A stretch of 63,673 nt of DNA, filler included, from Octopus bimaculoides (Eukaryota), in assembly GCF_001194135.2 (NCBI RefSeq). It is 6 parts of 5 records of this genome, joined end to end, with 100 filler letters (N's around TTAATTAATTAA, not from the genome) between each part and the next. Parts side by side here need not be neighbours in the genome. Positions count along the whole stretch, not along the records: positions 23,616 to 33,482 come from NC_068985.1; positions 33,583 to 50,716 come from NC_068984.1; 4 more parts are not named here. The stretch is one strand, 5' to 3'. Below, piece by piece: positions 24,315 through 38,439 of this stretch. Within the stretch, counting starts at the first letter, position 1, and each line of letters begins with the position of its first letter. The notes beneath the pieces were generated by a model. It saw nothing but the letters and a program-made list of their open reading frames with translations, was not told the origin of the DNA and made no database searches. Made by a program: the position numbers and the translations under genes.

Positions 24315-24620
24315 TGTAAGGCATAGTGGTGAAAGCATTGGACTCACAATCATGCAGTAGTGAATTCGATTCCAGACTGAGCTGTGTGTTGTGTTCTTGA
24401 GCAAAACATTTTATTTCACTCAGTTGTAGAAATGAGTTGCAATGTCATTGGTGCCAAGTTGTATTGGCCTTTGCCTTTCCCTTGGGTAACATTAGTGGCA
24501 TAGAGAGGGTAAACTAATACACATGAGTGACTGCTGGTCTTCCATAAAACAACCCTGCCCAGACTTGTGCTTTGGATGGTAACTTTCTAGGTGCAATCCC
24601 ATGGTCATTCATAATCAGAG
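24315..24620 (+). mobile_element. tRNA-derived SINE (family C)
   Basis: tagtggt..cattggactcacaatc...ttcgattcc...tgtgttcttgagcaaaaca; a related head is at 45160-45260. Confidence 0.65.
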
Positions 24621-24624
24621 GAGT

Positions 24625-25300
24625 TGGTCTTTGTTGTATTATTCCAGCCACTATGTGAAAACCCCAACGAAATCTTCAAAAGTGAAGGTGTCCAGGACAC
24701 TTGTCACAGCCTCTTTCATCTTCAGAAGAACCGCCCTTGCAGTTCTTGTTCAGCTTGGAGAACAACAAAAAGTTACAGAGAGCAAGGTCTGGACTGTAGG
24801 GAGGGTGAGAGACAATTTTGATACCCATCTCTGTCAAGTACTTGGTTATCAGGATGCTCATCACTGAGTACCCTGAAAATAAACTTTGCATATGTTCAGA
24901 TCTTCATAAGTCTGTGTACAAATGCCACACCAACTCCAAACTGTATGTTTAATTGTCCTTATAGACACTCAATGCTTATCCAGAAAATTGTGAATTTTCT
25001 CAACCCACTCTAATGTTTTGATATTCCCTCCCTCCCACACCTCTCACCATCTTTCACCTCCTCTCTACCGTCCTTAAACCTCTTGTGCCAGTGAAAATGT
25101 TAATTCATAAGTAGTCATAGAACATTACATAAAATCCTGTAACATTTTTGCTTAGTTTAATACAAAGTTTTATTGCACAGTGAGCTTCCAAATTGTCTTC
25201 ACATCCCAAATGCATTCTGAAAACGAGTCAGTATTTAGTAAGATGTGTTCAAAGTGCTGTTGCAACCTTTGGTCTGGAATAACAAAAGTTAGCAAGTCAG
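24625..25300 (-). mobile_element. Internally deleted mariner element
   Basis: Minus strand: EARCAIKLCIKLSK and WHKRFKDGREEVKDGERCGR (HTH), then directly IKIVSHPPYSPDLALCNFLLFSKL. Most of the DDD domain is missing. Confidence 0.8.
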
Positions 25301-25314
25301 TTTATTAGATATAT

Positions 25315-25735
25315 AGGCACAGGAGTGACTGTGTGGTAAGTAGCTTGTTTTCCAATCACATGGTTCCGGGTTCATTCCCACTGCATGGCACCTTGGGTAA
25401 GTGTCTTTTACTATAGCCTCGGGCCAACCAAAGCCTTGTGAGTGGATTTAGTAGACAGAAACAGAAAGAAGCCTGTTGTATATATATATATATATATATC
25501 TATATGTGTGTGTGTGTGTGTATGTATGTATGAGTGCATATATGTTTGTGTGTCTCTGTTTGTCCCCCCAACATAGCTTGACAACCAATGGTGGTGTGTT
25601 TACGTCCCCGTAACTTAGCAGTTTGGCAAAAGAGACCGATAGAATAAGTACTAGGCTAACAATGCTTATCCAGGGTCGACTAAAGGCAGTGCCTCAGCAT
25701 GGCCGCAGTCAAATGACTGAAACAAGTAAAAGAGT
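25315..25735 (+). mobile_element. SINE family A, full length, CR1-type tail
   Basis: Matches 5134-5545. Confidence 0.9.
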
Positions 25736-28594
25736 ATATAATGGGGAAAGAAGTAGGCAAACAATAAGATTTGGATAAGTTGAATAAGCGACGGTTTATT
25801 CCTCTTGTTATAAAAATAAGATTGCCAAGACAGAATGATGATTATATTACAGTCTGGAACAAGGATTTAAATGACTTCAATTCTGCTGGATCTATTGATG
25901 TGGCTGTAAGCTGCTCTCTGTTGCAGTAACAATGAAGTCCGGAGAAGGCTGGTTGAAGAAAGCTGTGAGACAGGTTGGATTTCTGGTTCATCAATACTGG
26001 TCCAAAGGAACATGGTGTGTGGTCAATAGCTGCTGCCAAAGACCAAGTGAGGCAGAATACAAGGGTTTTTATAAGCCTGGGTAGGCTCCAGAGACAAAGT
26101 GGTCTTTCCCATGTTGAAAATAAACTGTTGCAAATACGTGATTGGACAGTTAGTAACTGACCAATGCATGCAACTAGTTTGACAAACCACTGGATCATGC
26201 GGCTCAATGGAAAGAAAGAAAATATCTGGTGAGCCCATTCTGCTGTAATTAAGCTTAAACAGCCAAGCATAATAAAAGCATTACATACTTCTGCTACAGA
26301 TATATAGTCCAGATATACTAAAATTACAATAATCTAGAACAGTTATAACTGCCACTCTTTAAAAAAGTCTCAAAACTTCTGGAATTCATCTCATAGCATG
26401 GTCATGACTAAAATACTTTTGATCCTAGTCTGCTTAATCAGGACTGAACAACAACAACAACTATTATCACTTGCTCGTCCGTATATGCTTCATGACAGCT
26501 TTTATTCTGTTATATAACTATTGTAACATATATTTTGAGAGCTGTTACAAAACTGATGTAGTAATCCAATGGTTAATGTGTATTAACTTTTTATGTGGCC
26601 ATATTTCTAATGAGATCAGCTGTTTGTGTATTTCAATTAATTTTGAAAATACTCCAGGATATAGAGCATTCTAAGTAGAAGTACTAAATCCTCCATTATT
26701 AAGCTGATATTTGTAACAACTTAAAAGATTTGTACATAAAATGAAATTAAAAAAAACATGCAATATGCTCATGGTCATTAACTATTATAGGGAGGACAAT
26801 CATCTCCAGATTAAATAAAGTGGAGGTTGAATTGAAAATTTGGAATTTACATCAAAGAGTACAGAGTATACAGATTAAAGGTGTACAGAGGACATTCTTT
26901 ATTATTTTTTTGTACATATAACATTTTTGAAGTTTCTAGTCATTAATATCCATGTATAGCACTATTTTGTCGTTCATTAGAATCTCAACTTGGCACAACT
27001 TGAGACAAATTAATTATAAAAAGTCTTCATTTAAAAATAAACACTTGGACAGCCAAAGTCATCAGTCAACAAATATTTAATGTAATCTCAGACATCTTTC
27101 TAATAACAATGGGAAGGTTATGGCTGGAATGATTTTGCTCGTAAGTATGCTCAATCAAAGCAGACCAGGGGCTAAACAACAACGACAGCATCAACAACAA
27201 CAACAATGTTCCATAGACTGTGCGGAACTTAATTTCAATTGTTCTGCGTAATTGAGACATAGAGTAAATACATCTTAGCTAAAACGTACTCCAGAAGGCC
27301 TACAGCTAGATTTGATCCTGTGATTAGGATTCAGGTGGTCATCAGAACATGGTCTACCCTTTCTCGGCCCTTGTGAGCTTTCTTCAGAAAGATGGTGGAT
27401 AGGTGAAATTATAGATTTTAAAGTGACTGCATCAAGGCATATGATCATAAAGATCAACAGAGAGTTGACAGTGTCATTGTTGTTGATGATGGTGATGATG
27501 ATGATGATGGTGATGGATTGGTGGTAGTGGCTTGGTGGCGATGGTAGTTTAGTGGTGGTGGTGGTGGTGGTGGTGGTGGTGGTGTGGTGTGGTGTGGTGT
27601 TGGTGGTGACGGTAGTAGTCATTATCATTATCATCATGATCAGGATCAGGTTTGACTATTATGCCTGATGATAACCTTATAAAAGGATGTACGCTAGGGT
27701 CAGAGCCCTCTACTTATGCGCTGACTCCAGCTGATGAAAATCCCTAATTAAAGACTAGAGTCATTTCTTCATCATCATAAATTAGGTTTCACTGGGGAAA
27801 TTATAATTGAAAGAGAGATGAGGGAGAGGCAGAAAGATAGAAGTAATGCTTGTGTGTGTGTGTGTGTGTGTGTGTAGAATGTAAAGAAAATTGAGGAAGA
27901 AAAGAGAAGGGGATAGTGTATGTTTATGTATTTGTGTGTGTTTGTGGCATGTCAAGAGAAAGAGAGAGATGAGAGAGAAAGAGAGATGGAGTAAAGTAAC
28001 AGGAAGAAATTAGAATTTCTAAGAAAATCTTTAATATCTAAATGTAATTGCTTCGTATCTTATCCCACTCTTTGAATGCAGTGTTAGATTGAAATGTGCC
28101 GTGTTTCTTACAGTAGTGGACACAAGCAGGGGAAGAAATATTTTCTAGTTTCATTTTGTAACTTTGTGTCATTATAAACATATTATTTTTAAGTCAGCAA
28201 TAAATACTCATATGGCTATATATAGAAAAAAATCTTTGGAAAAACAATTGACTGGATGGATTATGGATTAGATATTGCAATAACCGTTTGCAGGTAGTGA
28301 GTCCGAATCTACTGAAGAGTTTTGTGTTTTGTTAATGGGAAAATTCATTTTGTTTGTTTTTCTTCTGTTTACTTCAATGCTACAAGCTGGTCTCAGGTTG
28401 TCATAGAATTTCATCAGTGATGGACTACTTTAATATCTAGATTTTTACCTCTCATTAACCAAATGACATAAAACTAGACCGAAATAGGTGCCCTTAAGAA
28501 AGGAGCCTTTCAGAGCTGAATCACCAAGGAAGCCTCTTTGTCAGTAGTTCTGAAGTGGTGCACACAAGGGCTGTCTCGGTTCTTTTTCTCCTTT

Positions 28595-28955
28595 TATCTT
28601 CTTTTATTTGTTTCAGTCATTGAACAGCAGCCATACTGGGCCACTTGAAGGGTATAGTTGAACAAATCAACCCCAGTACTTATTTCTTAAGTATAGTACT
28701 TATTCTTTTGCTAAGTTACAGGAGCATAAACACACCAACATCAGTAATCATGGAGTGGTAAGGGACAAAAACACACACACACATAAATGCATGTGTGCAC
28801 GTGGGCTTCTTTCAGTTTCTGTCTCCCAAATCTACTCATAAGGCTTTGGTTGGCCAAGGCTATAGTATAAGACACTTGCCAAAGGTGCCATGCAGTGAGA
28901 CAGAACCCAGAACCATATAGTTGAGAAGCAAACTTCTTACCACTCAGCCATACCT
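28595..28955 (-). mobile_element. SINE family A, full length
   Basis: Reverse-complement match to the family A copies. Confidence 0.85.
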
Positions 28956-29003
28956 GCACCTGTATACATCCATCCATACATACATACCTACAATCATACA
29001 CAC

Positions 29004-29072
<69 letters not shown>

Positions 29073-29073
<1 letters not shown>

Positions 29074-29237
29074 CACCCACTACACTCTCGGAGTGGTTGG
29101 TGTTAGGAAGGGCATCCAGCTGTAGAAACTCTGCCAGATCAGATTGGAGCCTGGTGCAGCCTTCTGGCTTGCCAGTCCTCAGTCAAATCGTCCAACCCAT
29201 GCTAGCATGGAAAGCTAGCATGTTAAACGATGATGAT
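29073..29237 (+). mobile_element. RTE 3' tail fragment directly after (TA)n
   Basis: cacccactacactctcggagtggttggtgttaggaagggcatccagc...ttaaacgatgatgatg. Confidence 0.85.
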
Positions 29238-29489
29238 GGTCCTCTGTGCTGTTTCTGTCAACCAAATTTTTCTTAATCAAATTCTGTCACAGGACATTGG
29301 CCAGCTCAAGGCTACAGTAGAAGGCACTTATCCAAGATACTATGCAGTGGGACTGAACTTGAAACTATGCAATTGCAAAGCAAGCTTCTTAACCACCCAG
29401 CCATGCTTACACCTATCTTTAACTTTTCATGTAATGTGCACCAATGATATTTGAATTAGTAAAAAAGTTCAGATGAATATGGATGAAAC

Positions 29490-29860
<371 letters not shown>

Positions 29861-30313
29861 AGAGAGAGAAATAGAGACTGAAAGTGAGAGCTATTAGGTG
29901 AGTAGGTAGGTAAGTTGATCGTGTTGTCAATGACGATGATGATGTTGACAGTGATGTCAATAACAATGATGACGATGACAATAACAATGATGACAATGGT
30001 GTTGGTGATAGTCCTACAGTTACAATGCACACAAACACTTATCTATAGTCCAGCGCTTTACATATGTTGGCAAGAAATGTTGCATTGTCGTTAGCATCAA
30101 AGAAAGATTGGTGGTTCTGTGATTTATAGTTATTATGGTAGAGATTGGTTTCTAAGAATGGTAAAGCTTCTTCGTCACCATAAACTGCTGGCAAATGGCT
30201 ATGCTTATGTAAGAGACTAAGAGAGAGAGAGGGAGGGGGGGGGAAGAGAGAGACAGTAGAGAAAGAGAGTAGGGGACAGTAGGTGGAAGAACTACGTAAG
30301 TTAGATATTTAAG

Positions 30314-30406
<93 letters not shown>

Positions 30407-31202
30407 TACACATACATACACATATATGTATACAAATATACATACATACACACATATATAAATGTATGTGATTCATAATATACATAATTTATATATATAT
30501 AATTTACACACACATATATATATATATGTATACATACATCATATGTACATATAAAAATCATATGTATAATAATGCATATAATGTATATACATCATATACA
30601 CATAAATATGTTATATATTAATATATATATATATATAGCATAGTTTGGTAGTTAGAGATAGGCAAACAACCAAAGAGGGAGGGAGAGTGAGAGAGAGAGA
30701 TATAGGACAAATAGAGATGAGACAGTAAAAGAGAAGTAGTAAGAAAGAAAGAAAGAGAGGAATAGAGAAAGGGGGAGGTGATGGAAGGAGTGGGAAGAGA
30801 AAGTAAGTGAGGACAGAGAACAAGGAGTAAGATCCATGCATATCTTTCCGACAGATCTCCGACCAATTTCAGTGATTTACCAACTTTTCATACTCATTAT
30901 TACTTCTGTTCTTGGGCATGTGTATAGCATGTGTGTCTGCGTAAGTCGTGTAAGTGTGGGGTATGTGTGGCAAGTGTGGGTTTGTCTTTGTATGTGTATA
31001 AATACATCATATGGATGCAGGAAGGAAATGCATATTTATGCATACACATATGTGCATATAGACTCACAAGCACACATGTATATAGTTATAGGTATATGTG
31101 TATGTGTATGTGTGCATGTGTGTATATGTGTGAGTGTGTGTATATGCATGGATGGTTATTTATGTGTATATCTATCTATCTATCTATCTATCTGTCTGTT
31201 TA

Positions 31203-31319
<117 letters not shown>

Positions 31320-31578
31320 ATATGCAAGCATATAAGCATGTGTATGTGTATATATATATGTATATATAAGTATTTACACACACACATGCGTATATATGAA
31401 TGAATATTTAGTTATGAATGCATAAAGGGGGAGACCAAGAAAGAGATCGCGGTGTGAGGTGACTACAGTAGGGCACCTAACAACATCAAATCCCACCAAT
31501 ACATAAGTAGACTCATTAATTCAAAACTCTTGCCAGCATGGAGAAGAAACATTGAATGATAATAGCTACACACACGCA

Positions 31579-31624
<46 letters not shown>

Positions 31625-32368
31625 NNNNNNNNNNNNNNNNNNNNNNNNNNNNNNNNNNNNNNNNNNNNNNNNNNNNNNNNNNNNNNNNNNNNNNNNNNNN
31701 NNNNNNNNNNNNNNNNNNNNNNNNNNNNNNNNNNNNNNNNNNNNNNNNNNNNNNNNNNNNNNNNNNNNNNNNNNNNNNNNNNNNNNNNNNNNNNNNNNNN
31801 NNNNNNNNNNNNNNNNNNNNNNNNNNNNNNNNNNNNNNNNNNNNNNNNNNNNNNNNNNNNNNNNNNNNNNNNNNNNNNNNNNNNNNNNNNNNNNNNNNNN
31901 NNNNNNNNNNNNNNNNNNNNNNNNNNNNNNNNNNNNNNNNNNNNNNNNNNNNNNNNNNNNNNNNNNNNNNNNNNNNNNNNNNNNNNNNNNNNNNNNNNNN
32001 NNNNNNNNNNNNNNNNNNNNNNNNNNNNNNNNNNNNNNNNNNNNNNNNNNNNNNNNNNNNNNNNNNNNNNNNNNNNNNNNNNNNNNNNNNNNNNNNNNNN
32101 NNNNNNNNNNNNNNNNNNNNNNNNNNNNNNNNNNNNNNNNNNNNNNNNNNNNNNNNNNNNNNNNNNNNNNNNNNNNNNNNNNNNNNNNNNNNNNNNNNNN
32201 NNNNNNNNNNNNNNNNNNNNNNNNNNNNNNNNNNNNNNNNNNNNNNNNNNNNNNNNNNNNNNNNNNNNNNNNNNNNNNNNNNNNNNNNNNNNNNNNNNNN
32301 NNNNNNNNNNNNNNNNNNNNNNNNNNNNNNNNNNNNNNNNNNNNNNNNNNNNTATATATATATATTTT

Positions 32369-32399
<31 letters not shown>

Positions 32400-33450
32400 A
32401 TATATACAGTGTGAATAAACAGACACCATAGGTTTCTATGTGGTAAGCACTGTCCAGTATGCAGTGATTACCAATTCAAACTTGCCTTCACATCTATGTC
32501 CTCTCTCTCCAACTCACTCTCTTTTTCTATTTCTCTGTATATATGTGTGTATGTGTGAGTGGTTATAAGGGATATATATGTGGCTACAAATGATTATATT
32601 TTCTCACTCATTGCTTTATTCTTTACACTTACCTTTTATGCTGTTTCTTCTGAAGATAAATCATTGTAAACTCAAGTCATCTGGTGCAGGTATGTGTATA
32701 AGTGTAATTCCCTCACCTAATAAATGAATTCAATGGCATTAAACAAATTGGGGGAATGAAGTACTCTATACATAAGTATTTAACTTTCTTAATAGAAACA
32801 GTATGTGTGTGTGTATATATATATATATATAGGTATATATTGTAATAATAATAAAAATAATCCATGGATGGAATTTATAAATATTTTAAGGCATTGCTAC
32901 ATGCTTTTCCACAGATCACATAGTTTTGTGACCATAGTCCACATACCTGGGATGATAAGAGTCCAATTTGTAATATCCATGAACACCTTTCTTCATGCAT
33001 TCATTTCTTCAGGTGATATGGCGGGAAGTAACGAATGTTCAACTGTATTCAACATGTTCAACTATATATATATATATATACATACATACATATATATATG
33101 TGTGTGTGTGTATCTACTTTTTCTTTATATTCTTTTTCTTCTTCCTCCTCATACTTCTCACAGTATCTCTTTTCTAATTATTTGTCCCCTAACTATATTT
33201 TTATTTACTTTTTGTTTCTGCTCAATATGAATTTAAAAAAAAGACAATGTCTGGAAGACACACAATGCAACAGTGCATCTTTGATGCAAGTCTGATGAAG
33301 TGTCACTCTGAAGTCTAAAATTGCAAATATTACCTAAATTTTCTCTTAGAATATTATGTAAACTGGCGTTGCAAACGAAGTTGGTACCGAAACAATTGTA
33401 GTAAACCATTAAAGAGGTGTTAAAGGATTTCTTTGTTTTCTTATTATTTG

Positions 33451-33482
<32 letters not shown>

Positions 33483-33582
33483 NNNNNNNNNNNNNNNNNN
33501 NNNNNNNNNNNNNNNNNNNNNNNNNNTTAATTAATTAANNNNNNNNNNNNNNNNNNNNNNNNNNNNNNNNNNNNNNNNNNNN
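33483..33582. other. Artificial 100-bp join spacer
   Basis: N44-TTAATTAATTAA-N44. Confidence 0.95.
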
Positions 33583-33627
<45 letters not shown>

Positions 33628-33644
33628 GTATGTGTGTGTATATG

Positions 33645-33780
33645 TTTGTTTGTCTGTATTTGTACCCCCAACATCGCTTGACAACCGATGCTGGTGTGTT
33701 TACGTCCCCGTAACTTAGCGGTTCGGCAAAACAGACCGATAGAATAAATACTGAAACAAGTAAAAGAGTAAAAGAGAAAG
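33645..33780 (+). mobile_element. SINE family A 3' half (CpG-intact)
   Basis: tttacgtccccgtaacttagcggttcggcaaaacagaccgatag. Confidence 0.85.
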
Positions 33781-34101
33781 AGAATATATATATATATATA
33801 CATATGTATTTTCATATATATATACTTATTTGTATGTGTGTATGTATGTATTTATGTATAGATGAATGGCTTGATGTAAGTATGTATGTATATGTGCATG
33901 TGTGTATGCATGTACGAATATGTTTATATATATATATGTATGTATAACATGTATTTTCTCATATCTTGTTTGGACATGGGCGTTTTTTGTATAACCGAGT
34001 GTTGATATATCGGTTTTTGGTTTCAGTTATGTGACCTCGTGAATAACTATAGTCTGTAATCTCCAACTACTCGTAAATACCCGTACGCATGCACACATAC
34101 A

Positions 34102-34147
<46 letters not shown>

Positions 34148-34886
34148 GACACACATATACACGCACGTACATGCATATTGTTGACGTCATATGAATTCAT
34201 AAACTTTCTAGGGGAGTGAAATAATTTTGTTTTAGAACAATAGATCTCGAAGCAAACGCAAAACTGTAAATAATATCATGTGTGTTAACGAAGCGAAATT
34301 TAGATAGAATTCGGAGGCTGCCCGTGGGACATGATCGAGTGTGCCCCAAAAGTATTATATATACATATGTACNNNNNNNNNNNNNNNNNNNNNNNNNNNN
34401 NNNNNNNNNNNNNNNNNNNNNNNNNNNNNNNNNNNNNNNNNNNNNNNNNNNNNNNNNNNNNNNNNNNNNNNNNNNNNNNNNNNNNNNNNNNNNNNNNNNN
34501 NNNNNNNNNNNNNNNNNNNNNNNNNNNNNNNNNNNNNNNNNNNNNNNNNNNNNNNNNNNNNNNNNNNNNNNNNNNNNNNNNNNNNNNNNNNNNNNNNNNN
34601 NNNNNNNNNNNNNNNNNNNNNNNNNNNNNNNNNNNNNNNNNNNNNNNNNNNNNNNNNNNNNNNNNNNNNNNNNNNNNNNNNNNNNNNNNNNNNNNNNNNN
34701 NNNNNNNNNNNNNNNNNNNNNNNNNNNNNNNNNNNNNNNNNNNNNNNNNNNNNNNNNNNNNNNNNNNNNNNNNNNNNNNNNNNNNNNNNNNNNNNNNNNN
34801 NNNNNNNNNNNNNNNNNNNNNNNNNNNNNNNNNNNNNNNNNNGTATTTATATATCTATATATATCTATATATATAAATATATGTAT

Positions 34887-35762
34887 ATGGCCGACAAGAA
34901 ACATTACATGTGCTATATAGTTGATGTAATGTTTCTTGTCGGCCATCACTAGGCTCGGTCTATTATGTTCTAGCACCTGATCTGTTTGGATTGGGAAATC
35001 CCAGAGAATTTTGCTAGGCTTCGACTCCAACAATCTTTGCTGTTGGTGCTCATACCACCTCTTGCATCTCTCTAGTCCCCGTTTTTCGCAGTTTCCAATG
35101 CAGCACTTTTTGCTACCTGATCGTATTGACACAACTTGTAGTGGTTTCGGGCAAGTCTAGGGCATTCGTTCGTGATGTGGGCAATGGTTTCATCCATTAT
35201 ATTACAGATGCAGCACAGCAGAGATACTTGCTCATTCCTAAGGCTCACCCTCCAGTTCGTGACCAAAGCTTGGTCTTTCACTGCCAGTATAGTGCTCTCA
35301 GTCTCTTTTTTTAGTGTTCCTTTCTCAAGCCAATCCCACCTGTGTCTTTCAGTAACTTCTGTTGTGGCTCCATGGAACCCTTGTTGCATAATTCTTCTTC
35401 ATGTCCTTTTTGTACTTCCTCTGTTTTTCCTTTTTTTCTCTTTTCTCGAGTTCGAAACGTACGCAGTCTTCCACACTTACCAGTCCTCTTCTGTCATTTG
35501 CTTTCTTCACGTATAGGCGATCGGTGTCTGCACGTAGATGATGGGCTCCATGCAACGTTAGGAGCTTTCTTGACTTCCTGTCCATCTCCTTTTGCTCTTC
35601 CTCAGTCCACTTCAGGATTCCAGCGCCATACCGAACTTCTGCGACTGCGCGCGAGTTTATTGCCGACGTTACGTTTCTGGCATTCAGCTTTGAAACCAAT
35701 GTTTTTCCCATTTACCGCAGGTACTCTCTTTTTGTCTTTTCCCTCATGTCGTTGTGTTTAAT
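34887..35762 (-). mobile_element. R4/Dong-clade non-LTR retrotransposon fragment (post-RT region, CCHC and start of RLE endonuclease)
   Basis: SKLNARNVTSAINSRAV..RYGAGILKWT..DTDRLYVK..GLVSVED; KETESTILAVKDQAL; CCICNIMDETIAHITNEC; KILWDFPIQTDQVLEHNRP. The 5' end abuts an (AAT)n array. Confidence 0.85.
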
Positions 35763-35764
35763 TC

Positions 35765-35765
35765 C

Positions 35766-35825
<60 letters not shown>

Positions 35826-35962
35826 CATTATTGTTATTATTATTATCATTATTATTATTATTGTTATATGAAAACTCACAGCTTATTTTGCTGGGTATGA
35901 TGAAAAGTGTCAGCTGTCCACAGCCAACAGAATAAGATGACACTTGTTTATTATCATTATTA

Positions 35963-36017
<55 letters not shown>

Positions 36018-36065
36018 CATTATTATTATTATTATTGTTGTTGTTGTTGTTGTTGTTGTTGCTGT
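35765..36065. repeat. (ATT)n/(GTT)n microsatellites
   Basis: Direct reading of the sequence. Confidence 0.97.
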
Positions 36066-36799
36066 TCCTTAAGTATTTTGATGACTCCTTCATGGAATCC
36101 TTGNNNNNNNNNNNNNNNNNNNNNNNNNNNNNNNNNNNNNNNNNNNNNNNNNNNNNNNNNNNNNNNNNNNNNNNNNNNNNNNNNNNNNNNNNNNNNNNNN
36201 NNNNNNNNNTGTTGTTGTTGTTGTTTTTTGTTTCTCACCTTCGGAAGGTATTATATTTGTACTCCCGTCTCTGTATAAATTGGTGAATTTTTTTTAGTCA
36301 AGGAGGTGAAAGTTTTCATTTATTATTTTCAGGCATATTTATGGGGGGGGGGGGGAGAAGAGAAACAACTTTTCTTTGCTCGCCGATATTCAGTGTAAAA
36401 TGTCAACTCGACATGCTCCACGAAAGACCATAAACGTTTGCACATATTCAACACATGCATACTCAAAAAGATTATAAATGAAAATACGAGAATTTGAGAG
36501 AAAGAAAATTATGATACGTCAGGTGTTTCTGACGCAAATAAAGCTTTTTGAAGACTCACGTGACACAAACAATAAAAACAGCAACATACCTTATCATACG
36601 GATGTTCGCAAAAGTCGTGTCAAACAGAAAATTTTTTAAAAACTAGAGTAGGTTTCTGCTGGAGACGTAAATTATATTACATTAACTATATTATACTATA
36701 TTATACTATATTATACATATATCATATCATATTATATTATATTATACATATCATACTATATTACATCTTTGTACAAGATTTTCTCCAAGTGTGGTGGAG

Positions 36800-38378
36800 G
36801 AAGGAAGATGATATATTTAATGATTTAAGAAAATATGCAGGGGATGGGGTGTGTGCATTTTGTGTGCCATTTAAAAATAAACTGAAACAGGCTTCCGCCA
36901 ACGTGAGGGGCAGTAATCTGTCCATTGAATGAGATAAAGCATACAGTATGTGTTTGCAGGCTTTTCGGGACTGAGGACGAAGCTAGAGGGTAACATATCG
37001 CAAAGATAACAGTGAGAAGCATTGCCAGCAAAGGTAACCGTGAGAGGCATTGCTAGCAATATCGACCCCCTGACAAATTGTCATTTTGTGATGCAATATG
37101 GGTAGTCTGTGAGAGATAAAAAGACAGGGAATGACATGTGGTCAGGACGGGTTAGTCGAAAGTCTTTATGAATCTACAAAATCACAAGTTTATTCCAGAA
37201 CTATGCCTGGTAGGGAGCGCAGAATCCAACCAATTAGACTGATGGTAGAGGACAAAAGACTCAAGTGTTATACTTGTGACAGCAAAAGTCACCAGAATGC
37301 TTTCTATCTGATGATTAATAAAAACCATAAGAAGGTCGACAACATCAAGATCTGGAGACTACTGTTCCAAAAGCACCGTCGGTCGAAGTCTTAGATTAGA
37401 GGAAGAGATTTCATTGCGTTCGGCGGGAGATCTATTTAGCAGCATTGACAGTAGGAGAGATAAAGGAACAGATATATCCATATCAACAGCAACTGCAGAA
37501 AACCCTAGTCTCCATAATACTAACCAGCAGCAGCAGCTCCGTTACCACTACTACCATGACCACCCCCTCATCTTGTGACGAGAGGCAAGTGATGATCACA
37601 GAGGAATCAAAACTTTGAAGGCAACACAGAAGGAAAATATAGGAAGAAACCCCCAAGAAAAATCGCAACAAAAAGCAACAAAAAGGTGGCGGGTTAGGAG
37701 GACATTCACCTTCCTCAGAACAGTCATGATCACGACGATGTATGGGACAATAAATTGAAATTTATCGTCCTTCGGAAATCCATCTAGTATCTGACAGGCA
37801 GGATCACACATTTGTAAAGCAAAAGGTATGGTGGGGGTGTATAGCTTACTTAGAAGCCATTAGAGTTGGAACATTAGAGACTCTCAAACGACTGGATGAT
37901 GTTGGTTGAAATAAGAGAAAAATATTACATTTAACCAAAGCAGTAGGTGTTTCCTACTCCAACCGACAAAAAAAAAAAAATGCTAATAGGTGCATTTGAA
38001 TGCACGAGGTAGTAGTACGAAGAATAGCGTGTGGATAGAAATTTGGGATGCGCTAACCGACCAACCCAGTGGTTTCTCACCCGTGTGTGGGATAAAACTC
38101 TAAATGACTTCCGTTTAATTATCCGTTTTTAATTATATATTGTTTTAATTATTGTGTTTTATCATTATCTGTTTATTTATTCCGTGTAATTGTATGCTTT
38201 TACAAATTTTTAACTTGTGTTCTTTTAATTGTATAACATCATTCACTCGTTTCTCTCGTTTTTATATTACCCGTCTGTCCCACGCCTCACATATTTGTAC
38301 GTTTCCTATTCAATAAACAAAGTATTTTTTATTGTACCTCAATTAAAGCCCCTTGTGCCTGAAGAAAACATAACTACA
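36800..38378 (+). mobile_element. Possible LTR-retrotransposon relic: gag-like knuckle, purine tract and candidate 3' LTR (37838-38378)
   Basis: KCYTCDSKSHQNAF (degenerate knuckle); aaaggtatggtggggg followed by TGT...; AATAAA near 38315; ends ...actaCA. No matching 5' LTR seen. Confidence 0.4.
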
Positions 38379-38439
38379 ACAACAACAACAATAATAATTA
38401 TATTAATAATAATAGTTGTTGCTGCTCAAAAGTCGTGAC

